This document shows positions 44,837-55,309 of a DNA stretch of 57,078 nucleotides, in pieces. This DNA is from Candidatus Berkelbacteria bacterium (GTDB lineage Bacteria > Patescibacteriota > UBA1384 > JACPKC01). The stretch lies in assembly GCA_020429585.1 (NCBI GenBank), contig JAGQLE010000020.1:1-57078 (forward strand), read 5' to 3'. How positions within the stretch are numbered: the stretch's first letter is position 1; every line of letters starts with the position of its first letter. The position numbers and the translations under genes are program-made. The notes beneath the pieces were generated by a model. That model was not told where the DNA came from and did not search any database. It saw only the letters and a list, made by a program, of their open reading frames with translations.

Positions 44837-46809
44837 TTATCTTCCTGTTTTTCCTTCTTTTTGGTCGGATCGTCCCAAGTTGCGTGTTTGCATTTAGGAT
44901 AACGCTCGCAACCCCAAAAAGTTTTACCCCGGCGTGTTTTACGCTCGATCAACTGTCCTTCGCCGCACTCCGGACAAGTAATACCGGTTTTCTTAATAAT
45001 TGGTTCGGTATGTTTACAATCAGGAAAACCCGTGCAAGCCAAAAACTTACCATAACGGCCTGGCCTAATTACCATTGGCTTGCCGCACTCCGGACAAACT
45101 TTGTCTGTTTTCTCGGTTAGGTCAAGCTTTGGCACCTCGTCAGTCTTTTTTTCTACTAACTTATGAAATGGCTTGTAAAAATCTCCGAGCAATTTAGTCC
45201 AGTCCTCTTTTCCTTCGGCCACTTTATCCAGACCTTCTTCCATCTCAGCCGTAAAATCCAAGTCGACAATTTCCGGAAAATGTTTAACCAAAATGCCATT
45301 AACGTTCTGACCAGTTTCAGTGGGATGAAAACGTCGCTCAATTAACTCCACATAACCGCGATCTTGGATTGTCGACAGGGTTGGTGCATAGGTACTTGGA
45401 CGGCCAATTCCATGCTCCTCAAGCGCCTTTACTAAGCTAGCCTCGGAATATCTTGGAGGCGGCTCGGTAAAGTGCTGCTCGCCGACTAAATCATCCAAGT
45501 TAACCTGCTCGCCTTGTTTAAGAGCAGGCAAAATCTTGTCTTCGCGAGCAGTCGGCCAAACTTTTAAAAAGCCTTCAAAATCTACAACGTTACCCGTCGC
45601 CTTAAATACGCCCTCTCCTTTAGCGCTTTTAACTAAGACTGTCTCAGCCTTAAGGCGCGCCGGACTCATCTGAGAAGCCACCATCCTCTGCCAAATAAGC
45701 CGATATAACTTGGTATGCTTTTCCGACTTTAAGTTTAGTTTCTCTGGCAGAGATTCCACATGGGTCGGCCTAATCGCCTCATGGGCCTCCTGAGCACCTT
45801 TACTCTTAGTTTTGTAGTAGTTGGGCTTGTCCGGCAAGTAACCCTGACCATACTCCTTTTCCACTAGGCTACGAGCCGCCTTAAGTGCCTCGTCGGCCAA
45901 GTTGACTGAATCTGTTCTCATATAGGTAATGTGGCCGTCTTCGTATAAATCTTGTGCCAACTTCATTGTTTGTTTAGCCGAAAAGTGGAGTCGGTGCGCT
46001 GCCTGCTGTTGCAAAGTTGAGGTTGTAAAAGGCGGCGAGGGTCGTTTTTGCCGCTCCTTTTTTTCGATTGAATCTACTCTATACTCCAAATCCTTAAGAC
46101 TGGTTTCGATTTTTTTAGCTTCGGTTTCAGTTTTTACTGTCATCTTCTCAATCTTCTGTCCCTTAAACTCAACCAAGCTGGCCAAAAAATCATCCGAGCC
46201 TCTAAGGAACTTACCATCAAGCGACCAATATTCCTCGGGCTTAAAGGCCTTTATTTCGTTTTCCCGGTCAACAATAAGTCGAACTGCCACTGACTGAACC
46301 CGACCAGCCGACAATCCTTTCATAACCTTCTTCCACAAAAACGGACTAAGTGTATAACCAACAAGTCGGTCTAAAATCCGACGAGCCTGCTGCGCATTAA
46401 TTAAATCGTAGTCGAGGTCACGCGGCTTCTTAACCGCTTCCTCAAGCGCTTTCTTTGTGATTTCGTGAAAGGTAATCCGACGCACTGACTTACCCTTAGC
46501 TAATTTTAAGGACTCTAAAACATGCCAGGCAATTGCCTCCCCCTCGCGATCGTAGTCAGTTGCCAGAAAGATGTCGTCAGCGGCAGCAGCGGCTTTTTTA
46601 AGGGCGGAAACTGTTTTTTTAGCCTTAGCAGGCACTAAATAATCCGGTGTAAAACTTCCATCATCGGTTTCTACACCCATCTTACTCTTCGGTAAATCAC
46701 GAACGTGACCATAGGAAGCTAAGACCTGATAGTCCTTACCCAAATAACGTTCAATTGTCTTACCCTTGGCGGGCGACTCAACAATAACTAAATGCTTTTT
46801 TGCCATCAA
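44833..46809 (-). CDS. topA: DNA topoisomerase I (type IA) with C-terminal zinc ribbons
   Basis: LVIVESPAKGKTI, ITYMRTDS and two CPECG...C..C ribbons. Confidence 0.9.
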   Translation of the reverse strand: MMAKKHLVIVESPAKGKTIERYLGKDYQVLASYGHVRDLPKSKMGVETDDGSFTPDYLVPAKAKKTVSALKKAAAAADDIFLATDYDREGEAIAWHVLESLKLAKGKSVRRITFHEITKKALEEAVKKPRDLDYDLINAQQARRILDRLVGYTLSPFLWKKVMKGLSAGRVQSVAVRLIVDRENEIKAFKPEEYWSLDGKFLRGSDDFLASLVEFKGQKIEKMTVKTETEAKKIETSLKDLEYRVDSIEKKERQKRPSPPFTTSTLQQQAAHRLHFSAKQTMKLAQDLYEDGHITYMRTDSVNLADEALKAARSLVEKEYGQGYLPDKPNYYKTKSKGAQEAHEAIRPTHVESLPEKLNLKSEKHTKLYRLIWQRMVASQMSPARLKAETVLVKSAKGEGVFKATGNVVDFEGFLKVWPTAREDKILPALKQGEQVNLDDLVGEQHFTEPPPRYSEASLVKALEEHGIGRPSTYAPTLSTIQDRGYVELIERRFHPTETGQNVNGILVKHFPEIVDLDFTAEMEEGLDKVAEGKEDWTKLLGDFYKPFHKLVEKKTDEVPKLDLTEKTDKVCPECGKPMVIRPGRYGKFLACTGFPDCKHTEPIIKKTGITCPECGEGQLIERKTRRGKTFWGCERYPKCKHATWDDPTKKKEKQEDK

Positions 46810-46876
46810 TATTTTTATTTAATCCCAATACCTAAGTTAAAGACGAGTTTATCATTATATAAGCACCACGTCTAAA

Positions 46877-47959
46877 CTAACCAACCAGGACGAATTGATT
46901 ATTACCTAAATTTCTCACTCGCCCCTTCATCTCCATCAGAGTTAAAGTACTACTGATAGCTGCTGGGTCAAGATCTATTTGGTCCGCTAAAACCTCAAAC
47001 GAAATCGGCTCAGTGGTTAAAAGCTTAAGGATTAGCGCCTCTTCTTTAGAATCAGCTATTGATTCCCTCGCCCTCTTTTGCGTCTTTGATTTTTCTAACC
47101 CAAGCTCAAGTAAAATATCCTCCACTCGGTGAACCAACTTGGCACCCATTTTAATTAAAAAATGAGGTCCAGCCGAACCAGCGGAATAAATAGAACCAGG
47201 AACTGCAAATACATCCCTATTTTCTTCTAAGGCAGAACGAGCGGTAATCAACGAGCCGGATTTTTCTTCGGCCTCAATCACTATTGTTCCCAAGCTCAAT
47301 CCAGCAATCACCCGGTTCCTAATAGGAAAGTGATGGCGCAGGCTCTGGGTTCCAGGAGGGAATTCACTAACAACGGCACCATTGTTGACAATACTTAAAC
47401 CAAGGTTGTAATGGCTTGCAGGATACAAACGGTCAGCTCCACCTGCAAGCACTGCCACCGTCTTTCCTCCAGCTTCAATACTTGCCCGATGTGCCATACC
47501 ATCCACTCCGAGCGCCATTCCGGAAGCAATTACTATGCCCTCAGCTGCCAATTTTGTAGCCAAATCAACCGTAACCCGCTGACCGTAAGTTGAGATCTTT
47601 CTATTGCCAACAATTGAAACATACGGGCCTACTGGCAAGTCCCCTCTTACGTATAATCCGACCGGAGGAGTATTAATCTTCTTAAGCAACTCAGGATACT
47701 CTGGGTCAAAAATTGCCAAGTATTTAATCCCTGATTTACCCAACGTTCGCAAAATGTCTTTGTCAAAGTTGTTCTTGGTTTGTCGCAGAGCATCTCTAAC
47801 TGGTTTAGTGAAATTAAAATTATTTATTAAACGTTCGTGTTTTAGATAACTATCTAAGCCCGACTGGAGTAAAATATGCAAAGTCTTGGGCCCGATTCTC
47901 AAGTCCGATTGAAGGTTGGCTAAAATTATACGGTCTTCATCTCTTGACCTCAATAACAC
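46877..47959 (-). CDS. dprA: DNA processing protein DprA (Smf)
   Basis: VSIVGNRKISTYG, IASGMALGVDG.AHR and FPIRNRVIAGL. Confidence 0.9.
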   Translation of the reverse strand: MLLRSRDEDRIILANLQSDLRIGPKTLHILLQSGLDSYLKHERLINNFNFTKPVRDALRQTKNNFDKDILRTLGKSGIKYLAIFDPEYPELLKKINTPPVGLYVRGDLPVGPYVSIVGNRKISTYGQRVTVDLATKLAAEGIVIASGMALGVDGMAHRASIEAGGKTVAVLAGGADRLYPASHYNLGLSIVNNGAVVSEFPPGTQSLRHHFPIRNRVIAGLSLGTIVIEAEEKSGSLITARSALEENRDVFAVPGSIYSAGSAGPHFLIKMGAKLVHRVEDILLELGLEKSKTQKRARESIADSKEEALILKLLTTEPISFEVLADQIDLDPAAISSTLTLMEMKGRVRNLGNNQFVLVG

Positions 47960-47997
47960 CTCCTAAATAAGAAAAAGGCCCTTGCGGGCCATTTTCT

Positions 47998-48423
47998 TTA
48001 TTCGATTGTGATTCCCATGCTGCGAGCGGTGCCGGCAATAATTTTTTCGGCCGCCTCAATGTCATTAGCATTCAAGTCTGGCATCTTCTTTTCGGCAACT
48101 TCCCTTAGTTTTGCCTTACTAATAGTCGCTACAGTTTCCTTACCAACTATACTGGCGCCTTTCTTAACATTTGCCGCCTCGCGAAGCAATACTGCCGCTG
48201 GTGGCTGCTTCATTATAAAATCAAAGGTTCGGTCTTCGTAAATAGTAATCTCAACTGGAATAATAGTATTGCCCAGCTCACGGGTTTTTTCGTTAAATTG
48301 ATTGCAGAAATCCATGATATTAAGACCATGGGGTCCTAAAGCAGTACCAACCGGAGGAGCCGGATTGGCTTTGCCCGCTGGCACCTGAAGCTTAACAATT
48401 GTTTTTACTGGCTTATTTGCCAT
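47998..48423 (-). CDS. rplK: 50S ribosomal protein L11
   Basis: [23 protein letters not shown]. Confidence 0.95.
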   Translation of the reverse strand: MANKPVKTIVKLQVPAGKANPAPPVGTALGPHGLNIMDFCNQFNEKTRELGNTIIPVEITIYEDRTFDFIMKQPPAAVLLREAANVKKGASIVGKETVATISKAKLREVAEKKMPDLNANDIEAAEKIIAGTARSMGITIE

Positions 48424-48438
48424 CTAAATTCCTTTCGG

Positions 48439-49104
48439 TTAAACCTTTTTTACCTGGAGAAAATCGAGGGTAGCTGGAGTCTCTCGACCGAACATATTAA
48501 CCAACACTTTAACTTTTCCTCGCTCTTCGTCTAGTTCATTGACGGTTGCTTGAAATCCTTTTAGAGGACCGTCGTTAATAGTAACTAAATCATTAATATT
48601 GAAATCGATATTATATCGTGGCTCGTCTACACCCATTCTCTTCTTGATTTTACTTACTTCGTCAGGAGGAATTGGAGTTGGTCTAACCCCTAAGCCAATA
48701 AAACCAGTTACATTAGGAGTATTACGAACAACATACCAAGAGTTATCTGTAACAATCATTTCAACTAAAACATAACCAGGAAAAATCTTGCGTTCTACTG
48801 TTTTTCGCTTGCCGTTCTTAATCTCGATTTGCTTTTCGGTCGGAACGGTAACGCTAAAAACCTTATCAGACAAACCAAGTGATTCCACTCGCTGCCTCAA
48901 TGTTTCAGCTACCTGGTCTTCGTAACCGGTATAAGTATGAATTACATACCAGCCCCGCTCACCCGCTTGCTTCTGGCCAAGTAAACTTTTTCGCGCAGGC
49001 TTTTCGGTCTCTCCTTTAATCAAAGAACTGTCATCCTCAGAAGCAGAAGCTTCGGACAACTCACCTTCCGGTACTAATTCATTAAAATCGTTTTGTTCTT
49101 CCAT
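48439..49104 (-). CDS. nusG: transcription termination/antitermination factor NusG with an acidic N-terminal extension of about 50 aa
   Basis: WYVIHTYTGYEDQV NGN domain and a KOW domain (VTINDGPLKGFQATV). The start overlaps the secE stop (TAATG). Confidence 0.9.
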   Translation of the reverse strand: MEEQNDFNELVPEGELSEASASEDDSSLIKGETEKPARKSLLGQKQAGERGWYVIHTYTGYEDQVAETLRQRVESLGLSDKVFSVTVPTEKQIEIKNGKRKTVERKIFPGYVLVEMIVTDNSWYVVRNTPNVTGFIGLGVRPTPIPPDEVSKIKKRMGVDEPRYNIDFNINDLVTINDGPLKGFQATVNELDEERGKVKVLVNMFGRETPATLDFLQVKKV

Positions 49105-49292
49105 TAAAGACTCCTCTCCAATAAAACCTTAAACAACTCTGACAACCCATAATCGATTACCCCAAATAGACTGGTAGCAATAGCAACTGAAACAATCACA
49201 ATAAGTGAAAGCTGAAGAGTTGTTGCCCGAGTAGGCCACCGAACCTTTTTAAGTTCGTCCCTACTTTCTTTGAGGTACTCAATAGGATTCAT
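49104..49292 (-). CDS. secE: preprotein translocase subunit SecE
   Basis: 62 aa, ELKKVRWPTR followed by a single TM helix. Confidence 0.85.
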   Translation of the reverse strand: MNPIEYLKESRDELKKVRWPTRATTLQLSLIVIVSVAIATSLFGVIDYGLSELFKVLLERSL

Positions 49293-49567
49293 CCAATCGC
49301 CTCGATTTTTACCTTGGTTACAGACTGACGATGGCCGCGTGGAATTCGTGATGACCTAGTTTTGTTGCGAAAGATTCTACCGCTAACTTTAGGAGTACGG
49401 ACCTGCTCAATTACCTTTGCTTTAACTTCGCCTTTTCCGTCGAGCTCATTGGTAAAAGTTAACTCACCATCAACTTTCGATGCGAGCTTTTCAATACTGA
49501 TTATGTCGCCGACCTGAACGAGGTATTGCTTGCCACCGGTTGAAATCACTGCGTTTTTTTCTGACAT
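49289..49567 (-). CDS. rplU: 50S ribosomal protein L21
   Basis: AVISTGGKQYLVQVGD... and RGHRQSVTKVKI. Confidence 0.85.
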   Translation of the reverse strand: MSEKNAVISTGGKQYLVQVGDIISIEKLASKVDGELTFTNELDGKGEVKAKVIEQVRTPKVSGRIFRNKTRSSRIPRGHRQSVTKVKIEAIG

Positions 49568-49652
49568 AGGCCCTCAAATTTCCACTAACTAATAATACGC
49601 GGGGTTCGCGCTCGACTCCAATATAGCAACCTACACTCCTGTTAGTCAAGAC

Positions 49653-50744
49653 TTATGAGCGGGCAGAAAATTCCGATTGGCGGCTAATACTTAACAAAAT
49701 TCCGACGGAAGCCAAATTAACCAAAAGCGAACTGCCACCATGCGAAACGAACGGTAGGGTTATGCCGGTCACTGGTGCCATCCCCAAGTTCATCCCAACA
49801 TTGACTGTCAGTTGAATAAACCACATTGCCGCGATCCCAACTGATACAAAAAAGCCAAAATCGTCAGTAGACCGGCGTCCGACAACTAACGCCCTACTAA
49901 TTAGACCAGTAAAGATTAATAAGACGATAACGGCTCCAACCAATCCAACTGCCTCCGCTGCCCCGGCAAAGATAAAATCAGTATGGGCCACTGGTAAAAA
50001 GTTTAGTTGGCTTTGAGTCCCCTGGCCAAAGCCTTGGCCAAAAATTCCTCCGTTGCCAACAGCAATTAATGATTGTAATACATTATAGCCAGCTCCGAAC
50101 GGGTCAGAGGCAGGTGACAAAAAAGTTTTAATTCTATCGAGCTGATAGGGTTCGAGATTTAAATAGGCAATTGGCAGAGTAAATAAAGACAATATTGCAA
50201 TCGCGAGCCAGTATCTGTTGCTTATCTTGGCAGCAAGCAACATAAAAAAAGAAATTGCTACCAAGACCAAGGCAGTACCTAAATCCGGCTCGAGGAGGGT
50301 TAAAATAACTGGTAAGCCAATTATAAAAAGGCTTAATACAAAATCAGTTGGCCTGAATTTGCTTTGGCGGGACTGTAAAAACCGGGCTAAAGCCAAAATC
50401 AAAAACAATTTCATTGGCTCAGAAGGTTGAAGCTGGAAAGTTCCTAGGCTAATCCAACGCTGGGCGCCAAAAGTTTTAGTGCCAACCAGCAGCACAGCCG
50501 CAAGTAAAAGTAGGCCGATCATAAATAGGACTGGGCTGGCTGAACGATAGTGACGATGCCCAATAAACGCCATTATTAAACCCAAAAGCAGACCAAAAAT
50601 GGCAACCCTTATTTGACCATAAAGTAGGCTAATATCCACTGAACCGAGAGTAAGACTGTAAATTGTCACCAGGCCAATAATAATTAAAAGACCGGCAAAA
50701 GCTATTAAGTACCAATCAAGTGCCAAATTCTTGGCTAGTTTCAT
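49653..50744 (-). CDS. SEDS-family peptidoglycan polymerase (FtsW/RodA)
   Basis: 363 aa, multi-TM, with QPSEPMKL, HTDFIF and a GITLPFVSHGGSS C-terminus. Confidence 0.9.
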   Translation of the reverse strand: MKLAKNLALDWYLIAFAGLLIIIGLVTIYSLTLGSVDISLLYGQIRVAIFGLLLGLIMAFIGHRHYRSASPVLFMIGLLLLAAVLLVGTKTFGAQRWISLGTFQLQPSEPMKLFLILALARFLQSRQSKFRPTDFVLSLFIIGLPVILTLLEPDLGTALVLVAISFFMLLAAKISNRYWLAIAILSLFTLPIAYLNLEPYQLDRIKTFLSPASDPFGAGYNVLQSLIAVGNGGIFGQGFGQGTQSQLNFLPVAHTDFIFAGAAEAVGLVGAVIVLLIFTGLISRALVVGRRSTDDFGFFVSVGIAAMWFIQLTVNVGMNLGMAPVTGITLPFVSHGGSSLLVNLASVGILLSISRQSEFSARS

Positions 50745-53605
50745 TTAAGATCAATCGATAAGCTGTCGACGACCGGCTCCCCTAAACTTTCATTTGTCCA
50801 AGAAATCTTAACATTCGTTAACTGTTCTAGCTGTGGTTGAAGCTTTTTGAGCTCATCTAGCAGATCGTGCTCACCACCTACCACAACCTCTGCCCGATCC
50901 TCCAGCTTTAATTTATTTACCTTGCGAAGCTGCTGGATTGCCCTGGCTAAATCTCGACTTAAGCCCTCGGCCTTCAGTTGCGGGGTAAGCTCAAAATCGT
51001 AATCAAGCTCCAAAGACTCAGCTCCATCATCATAAGTGATTTTCTTAACATTAAGCTCTTCGATCAATATCGATTCTAGCCCAGGGTCTAATCTTGTCTG
51101 TCCGCTTAATTTCAAACTAGCCAAAGGCTGACGTAATTTTACTCCCGCCTCAGCTCGCTTGGCACGACCAAGCTCAACTAAGTCCCCCAGCTGCCTCATC
51201 TGCTCGACCGCTGCTAAATCAACCTCGCCAGTCGGCCAATTCTCCAAGTGAACTGAAAGTTGATCATCATCTAGCTTGGTTCGCTGCCATAAAAATTCCG
51301 CAAAAAAGGGACTAAAGGGAGCCATCATTTTTGCTAACTGCCTAACTGACCAATATAGCGTTGGCAAGAACCCGTCGTCAGTCCGCTTTCTGCTCAATCT
51401 CAAATACCAAGTCGAAAGTTTATTAATGTACTCAATTAATTCTCGACTGGCGCGAAAAATATCGTACCGATCCAGACTCTCACTCATTGACTGCGCAACC
51501 TTACCCGTATAAGAAACCAACCACTTATCAAGTGGCTCCTCTGATTTCGGTTGCCAATTACTTGGCTGCCAATTAGAACGGCTAGCAGCCGAACTCAGGA
51601 AACTATAGATGTTCCAAGCGATGTAAAAATTCTTTCTTGCAACTTGCTCAATATCCTTTTCGTCTAATTTTTTAGTGTCGCCCGGTTGGTTCATACTACA
51701 AAAATGCAATCTCAATGGGTCAATGCCGTATTTATCAGCGATGGTCCACGGGTCAATAACATTGCCTTTCGATTTGCTCATTTTCTTGCCATGCTTATCG
51801 AGCAGATGGCCAAAAGTTAAACAGGCTTTATAAGGCGGAGAGTCGTATTTAAGCAAAGTTGAAATCGCTAATAATGTATAAAACCAACCGCGAGTCTGAT
51901 CGATTGCTTCGGCAATGTAATCAGCGGGAAAGTGCGAATGACTGTCTATTTTTTCTTTATTCTCAAATGGATAGTGCCATTGAGCAAATGGCATTGCTCC
52001 AGAGTCAAACCACACATCGACTACTTCAGGAAAACGCTTCATCTGACCAGGGCACTTAGCACAACTTAATGTAACTTGGTCGATATAGGGACGATGCAAA
52101 TCCTCGGGAGATTGTTGATTAGCCAATTGCTCGAGCTCACTCCTGCTTCCAACACAAACTTGCTCGCCACAATCGGTACACTCCCAAATTGGCAATGGCG
52201 TTCCCCAGTAACGATTACGCGATAGGGCCCAATCCTTTACCTCTCTTAGCCATTCACCGAAACGACCCTCTTTTAAATTATCTGGCACCCAAGTAATTTG
52301 ATCGTTATTAGCGAGCAACTGCTCACGAAGCTGACTCATCCGAATAAACCAAGAAGAAGTTGCGTAATACAGTAAGGCGGTATTGCAACGCCAACAAAAC
52401 GGATAGGTATGTTTATAGCCTTCTTCTTTATAGAGCTGGTTATTTGCTTTTAGTTTTTCGATAATTTTTTGTTCTGTCGCTTGATCCTTAACAAACAAGC
52501 CAGCCAAACCGACTACTGAGTTATTAAACCGTCCTTCTTCATCTACCGTATGGAATTTAGGCAAACCAACTTCGTCACCAAGTCTAAAATCGTCTTCACC
52601 ATACATAACAGCCGTATGAACAATGCCGGTTCCACTCTCAGTCGTTACAAAATCTGCTTCGTAAACCCGGTAAGACTTGTCATTAGTAAGCTCATTAATT
52701 GCAAAAAGTGGTTCGTACTCCAGGCTAAGAAGCTCTTCAAAGCCAACATCTCGAACTTTCTTAGGATCACCCAATACGGAAGCAGCTAGATCGTCGGCCA
52801 AAATAAATTGCTCCCCTTCTACTTCATAAATTCCGTAGCTGATATGACGACCAACAGCCAGAGCAACATTACCTGGCAATGTCCAAGGCGTGGTTGTCCA
52901 AGCGAGTAAATACACTTGATCTTGGTTTTTAACCTTAAATTTTATAAAAACCGAGTTATCCTCAACTTCCTCGTAACCTTGAGCAACTTCATGACTCGAC
53001 AGGGCAGTACCGCAACGAGGGCAATAGGGAACAACCTTAAAATCCTGAAACAAAAGTTTTTGATCCCAAACCTGTTTTAAAACCCACCAGACCGACTCGA
53101 TATAATCGTTTTCATATGTTACATAAGGGTCATTTAGATCAAGCCAGAATCCCATTCGTTCAGTTAACTTTCCCCACTCCTCTTTATAGGTAAATACCGA
53201 TTCTTTGCAGAGCTTATTAAATTGGGCAATTGAGGCGTTCTTATCATTTGGCACGATCGATTCGATTTGCGGCTTACCTGAAATACCAAGTTCCTTTTCT
53301 ACCTGTAATTCAACCGGTAATCCATGCGTATCCCAACCAGCCTTGCGCTCTACCCTAAAACCCCGCATAGTTTTGTAACGAGGCACCACATCCTTAAAAG
53401 TCCTAGCTAGAATATGATGAGTACCAGGCCGGCCATTAGCGGTCGGCGGGCCTTCAAAAAATATAAACGGCTTGTCAGTGGGGCGGCTTTCGACTGATTG
53501 TTCAAAAATCTTTTCGTCTGACCAAAACTTAAGTATCCGCTCTTCGAGCGCCGGAAGATTGGGCCGCGGATCTGGCAGTGGCTCTAAAAAATTATTATTT
53601 TTCAT
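50741..53605 (-). CDS. ileS: isoleucyl-tRNA synthetase
   Basis: PPTANGRPGTHHI (HIGH), KMSKSKGN and YPFCWRCNT (editing/CP1 region). Confidence 0.9.
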   Translation of the reverse strand: MKNNNFLEPLPDPRPNLPALEERILKFWSDEKIFEQSVESRPTDKPFIFFEGPPTANGRPGTHHILARTFKDVVPRYKTMRGFRVERKAGWDTHGLPVELQVEKELGISGKPQIESIVPNDKNASIAQFNKLCKESVFTYKEEWGKLTERMGFWLDLNDPYVTYENDYIESVWWVLKQVWDQKLLFQDFKVVPYCPRCGTALSSHEVAQGYEEVEDNSVFIKFKVKNQDQVYLLAWTTTPWTLPGNVALAVGRHISYGIYEVEGEQFILADDLAASVLGDPKKVRDVGFEELLSLEYEPLFAINELTNDKSYRVYEADFVTTESGTGIVHTAVMYGEDDFRLGDEVGLPKFHTVDEEGRFNNSVVGLAGLFVKDQATEQKIIEKLKANNQLYKEEGYKHTYPFCWRCNTALLYYATSSWFIRMSQLREQLLANNDQITWVPDNLKEGRFGEWLREVKDWALSRNRYWGTPLPIWECTDCGEQVCVGSRSELEQLANQQSPEDLHRPYIDQVTLSCAKCPGQMKRFPEVVDVWFDSGAMPFAQWHYPFENKEKIDSHSHFPADYIAEAIDQTRGWFYTLLAISTLLKYDSPPYKACLTFGHLLDKHGKKMSKSKGNVIDPWTIADKYGIDPLRLHFCSMNQPGDTKKLDEKDIEQVARKNFYIAWNIYSFLSSAASRSNWQPSNWQPKSEEPLDKWLVSYTGKVAQSMSESLDRYDIFRASRELIEYINKLSTWYLRLSRKRTDDGFLPTLYWSVRQLAKMMAPFSPFFAEFLWQRTKLDDDQLSVHLENWPTGEVDLAAVEQMRQLGDLVELGRAKRAEAGVKLRQPLASLKLSGQTRLDPGLESILIEELNVKKITYDDGAESLELDYDFELTPQLKAEGLSRDLARAIQQLRKVNKLKLEDRAEVVVGGEHDLLDELKKLQPQLEQLTNVKISWTNESLGEPVVDSLSIDLK

Positions 53606-54020
53606 TTTGTTGTTGATCCATTGCTAAATTAGCTAGTTCATCGGCTTTTTTGTTCTGGCGCCGAGGTATATGAACAAAATCATGACTTTTAGGTTTTATT
53701 TTAGTCAGAAGCTCTTGGACACGAACGAACATTGGCTTTAAACCGGCATTCTTAACCTTGTAGTTACCCTTAAGTTGTTCGACGATCAATTTGCTATCTA
53801 ACTTAAAGGTAAGCTCAGGATGTTTTTTGGCGTTATCCTCAAGCCACTCTAAGGCAAATATCAACGCCCAATACTCCGCCTGGTTATTAGTAGTAACTCC
53901 CAAAGGCTTGGCCCCCTCATAAATAGTACCGCCCTGCTTATCGGCAATTACAAAACCGGCCCCAGCTATGCCGGGATTACCCCGCGCTCCCCCATCACTA
54001 TATACGACTAGACTTTCCAT
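53595..54020 (-). CDS. rnhA: ribonuclease HI
   Basis: VVYSDGGARGNPG, NNQAEYWALI and KKADELAN. Confidence 0.85.
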   Translation of the reverse strand: MESLVVYSDGGARGNPGIAGAGFVIADKQGGTIYEGAKPLGVTTNNQAEYWALIFALEWLEDNAKKHPELTFKLDSKLIVEQLKGNYKVKNAGLKPMFVRVQELLTKIKPKSHDFVHIPRRQNKKADELANLAMDQQQNEK

Positions 54021-54044
54021 ACCTGATAACTTAGCACAACTTGC

Positions 54045-54737
54045 CTAATCTAGAAATTCGCGGCTAGCAACAACAGTTCTAATGGAGTATTCACTATTCG
54101 GCGCCGAGGCTAAACTATTAACCAGAGTAAACTCTATCTGAACAAAAGGATGGGCCGGATTAAGAGAAACAGTCTGGGCATAAGGACTCATCCCACTGAA
54201 TTTACCTGTCCCGGCTTTTATTGCGAAATCAGGAGGAATGAGGTTGACCAATGGTTCAATCCCCAGGCTACGCAACTTGCCTGTCACCGGATCAAATTTA
54301 AAATTTTCCGTAGCAACGATCAAATTATCTCCCTGAAACCGAAAGCTTTTCCTAACCAATCTTTCCTCATCAGGATTATCGTTTGGGATAAACTTTTTTG
54401 TTTCCAAGCCAACTCTATCCTTAACATAGTCGCCGCTTGTTGTATCCGGCCGGCCATCGAGCTCAAAACTATATGGAAACTGGCCATTGGCGCCAGTAAA
54501 GGTACCAGTGTCAGAATCTCTTAAGCCGGTAGCACCACGAATTTCCCGCGCTAAAGTTTCCATAACAAAATTTGCAGTTTGGGTTGTAGTTCGAATGTCT
54601 TCGATTTCTTCGTTGATCCGATTAATACTGGTAAATGAACTGGTTACGATGACCAGCACTCCTACAAACAAAGCCGAAGCAACCAAGACCTCAATTAAAG
54701 TGTAACCGCGCTGCGTCATTAAACTCCACCGCGCCAA
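54045..54737 (-). CDS. prepilin-type N-terminal cleavage/methylation domain protein (minor pilin-like)
   Basis: QRGYTLIEVLVASALFV class III signal. Confidence 0.8.
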   Translation of the reverse strand: MARWSLMTQRGYTLIEVLVASALFVGVLVIVTSSFTSINRINEEIEDIRTTTQTANFVMETLAREIRGATGLRDSDTGTFTGANGQFPYSFELDGRPDTTSGDYVKDRVGLETKKFIPNDNPDEERLVRKSFRFQGDNLIVATENFKFDPVTGKLRSLGIEPLVNLIPPDFAIKAGTGKFSGMSPYAQTVSLNPAHPFVQIEFTLVNSLASAPNSEYSIRTVVASREFLD

Positions 54738-55309
54738 TCCGTTAAATAGGTGATCGCCTCAACCTGCTCTAAAGGCGAAGGATTATTCAAATCCCCCCAC
54801 CTTACCTTTACGGTAACCTTGCGAATTACCTGACTGTCACTCACCTGACTACCATTGATGTTAATTCCGGCATTGCTGGTATAACCGCTTGGCACCTCTA
54901 TAAATATTTCTCGCTCAAACTCAGTATTATTAAGAGAAATATTCTCTCGACCAGGAAATAAACCATAGGCGCAGCCCGAACCAATTGATGACGCTGAACT
55001 TAAACAAAGACTACCCAAGCTAGAACCGCTCAATCTTCGCAATTCCAACTTATAACTGGTCAAATCTGGATTATCACCACCAATGTTAACCTGCCACAAA
55101 TTGTTAATTTGATCAGTATACGTAGTATCCCGAGCCGATCGTATCGCCTCAATCGCCTCCTGAGCTAAGTTCATTGCCACTGTGCGATCCGCCGCCAGGA
55201 CAGTCCGCCTCAAAGAGGAGCGCATCAGTGCAATCGAGCCGCCAACAACCAAAGCTAAGATTGCCGATGCAACCAAGACCTCAACTAGTCCAAAGCCCCT
55301 ATTCTTCAT
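54719..55309 (-). CDS. prepilin-type N-terminal domain protein (minor pilin-like)
   Basis: NRGFGLVEVLVASAIL. Confidence 0.8.
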   Translation of the reverse strand: MKNRGFGLVEVLVASAILALVVGGSIALMRSSLRRTVLAADRTVAMNLAQEAIEAIRSARDTTYTDQINNLWQVNIGGDNPDLTSYKLELRRLSGSSLGSLCLSSASSIGSGCAYGLFPGRENISLNNTEFEREIFIEVPSGYTSNAGININGSQVSDSQVIRKVTVKVRWGDLNNPSPLEQVEAITYLTDWRGGV

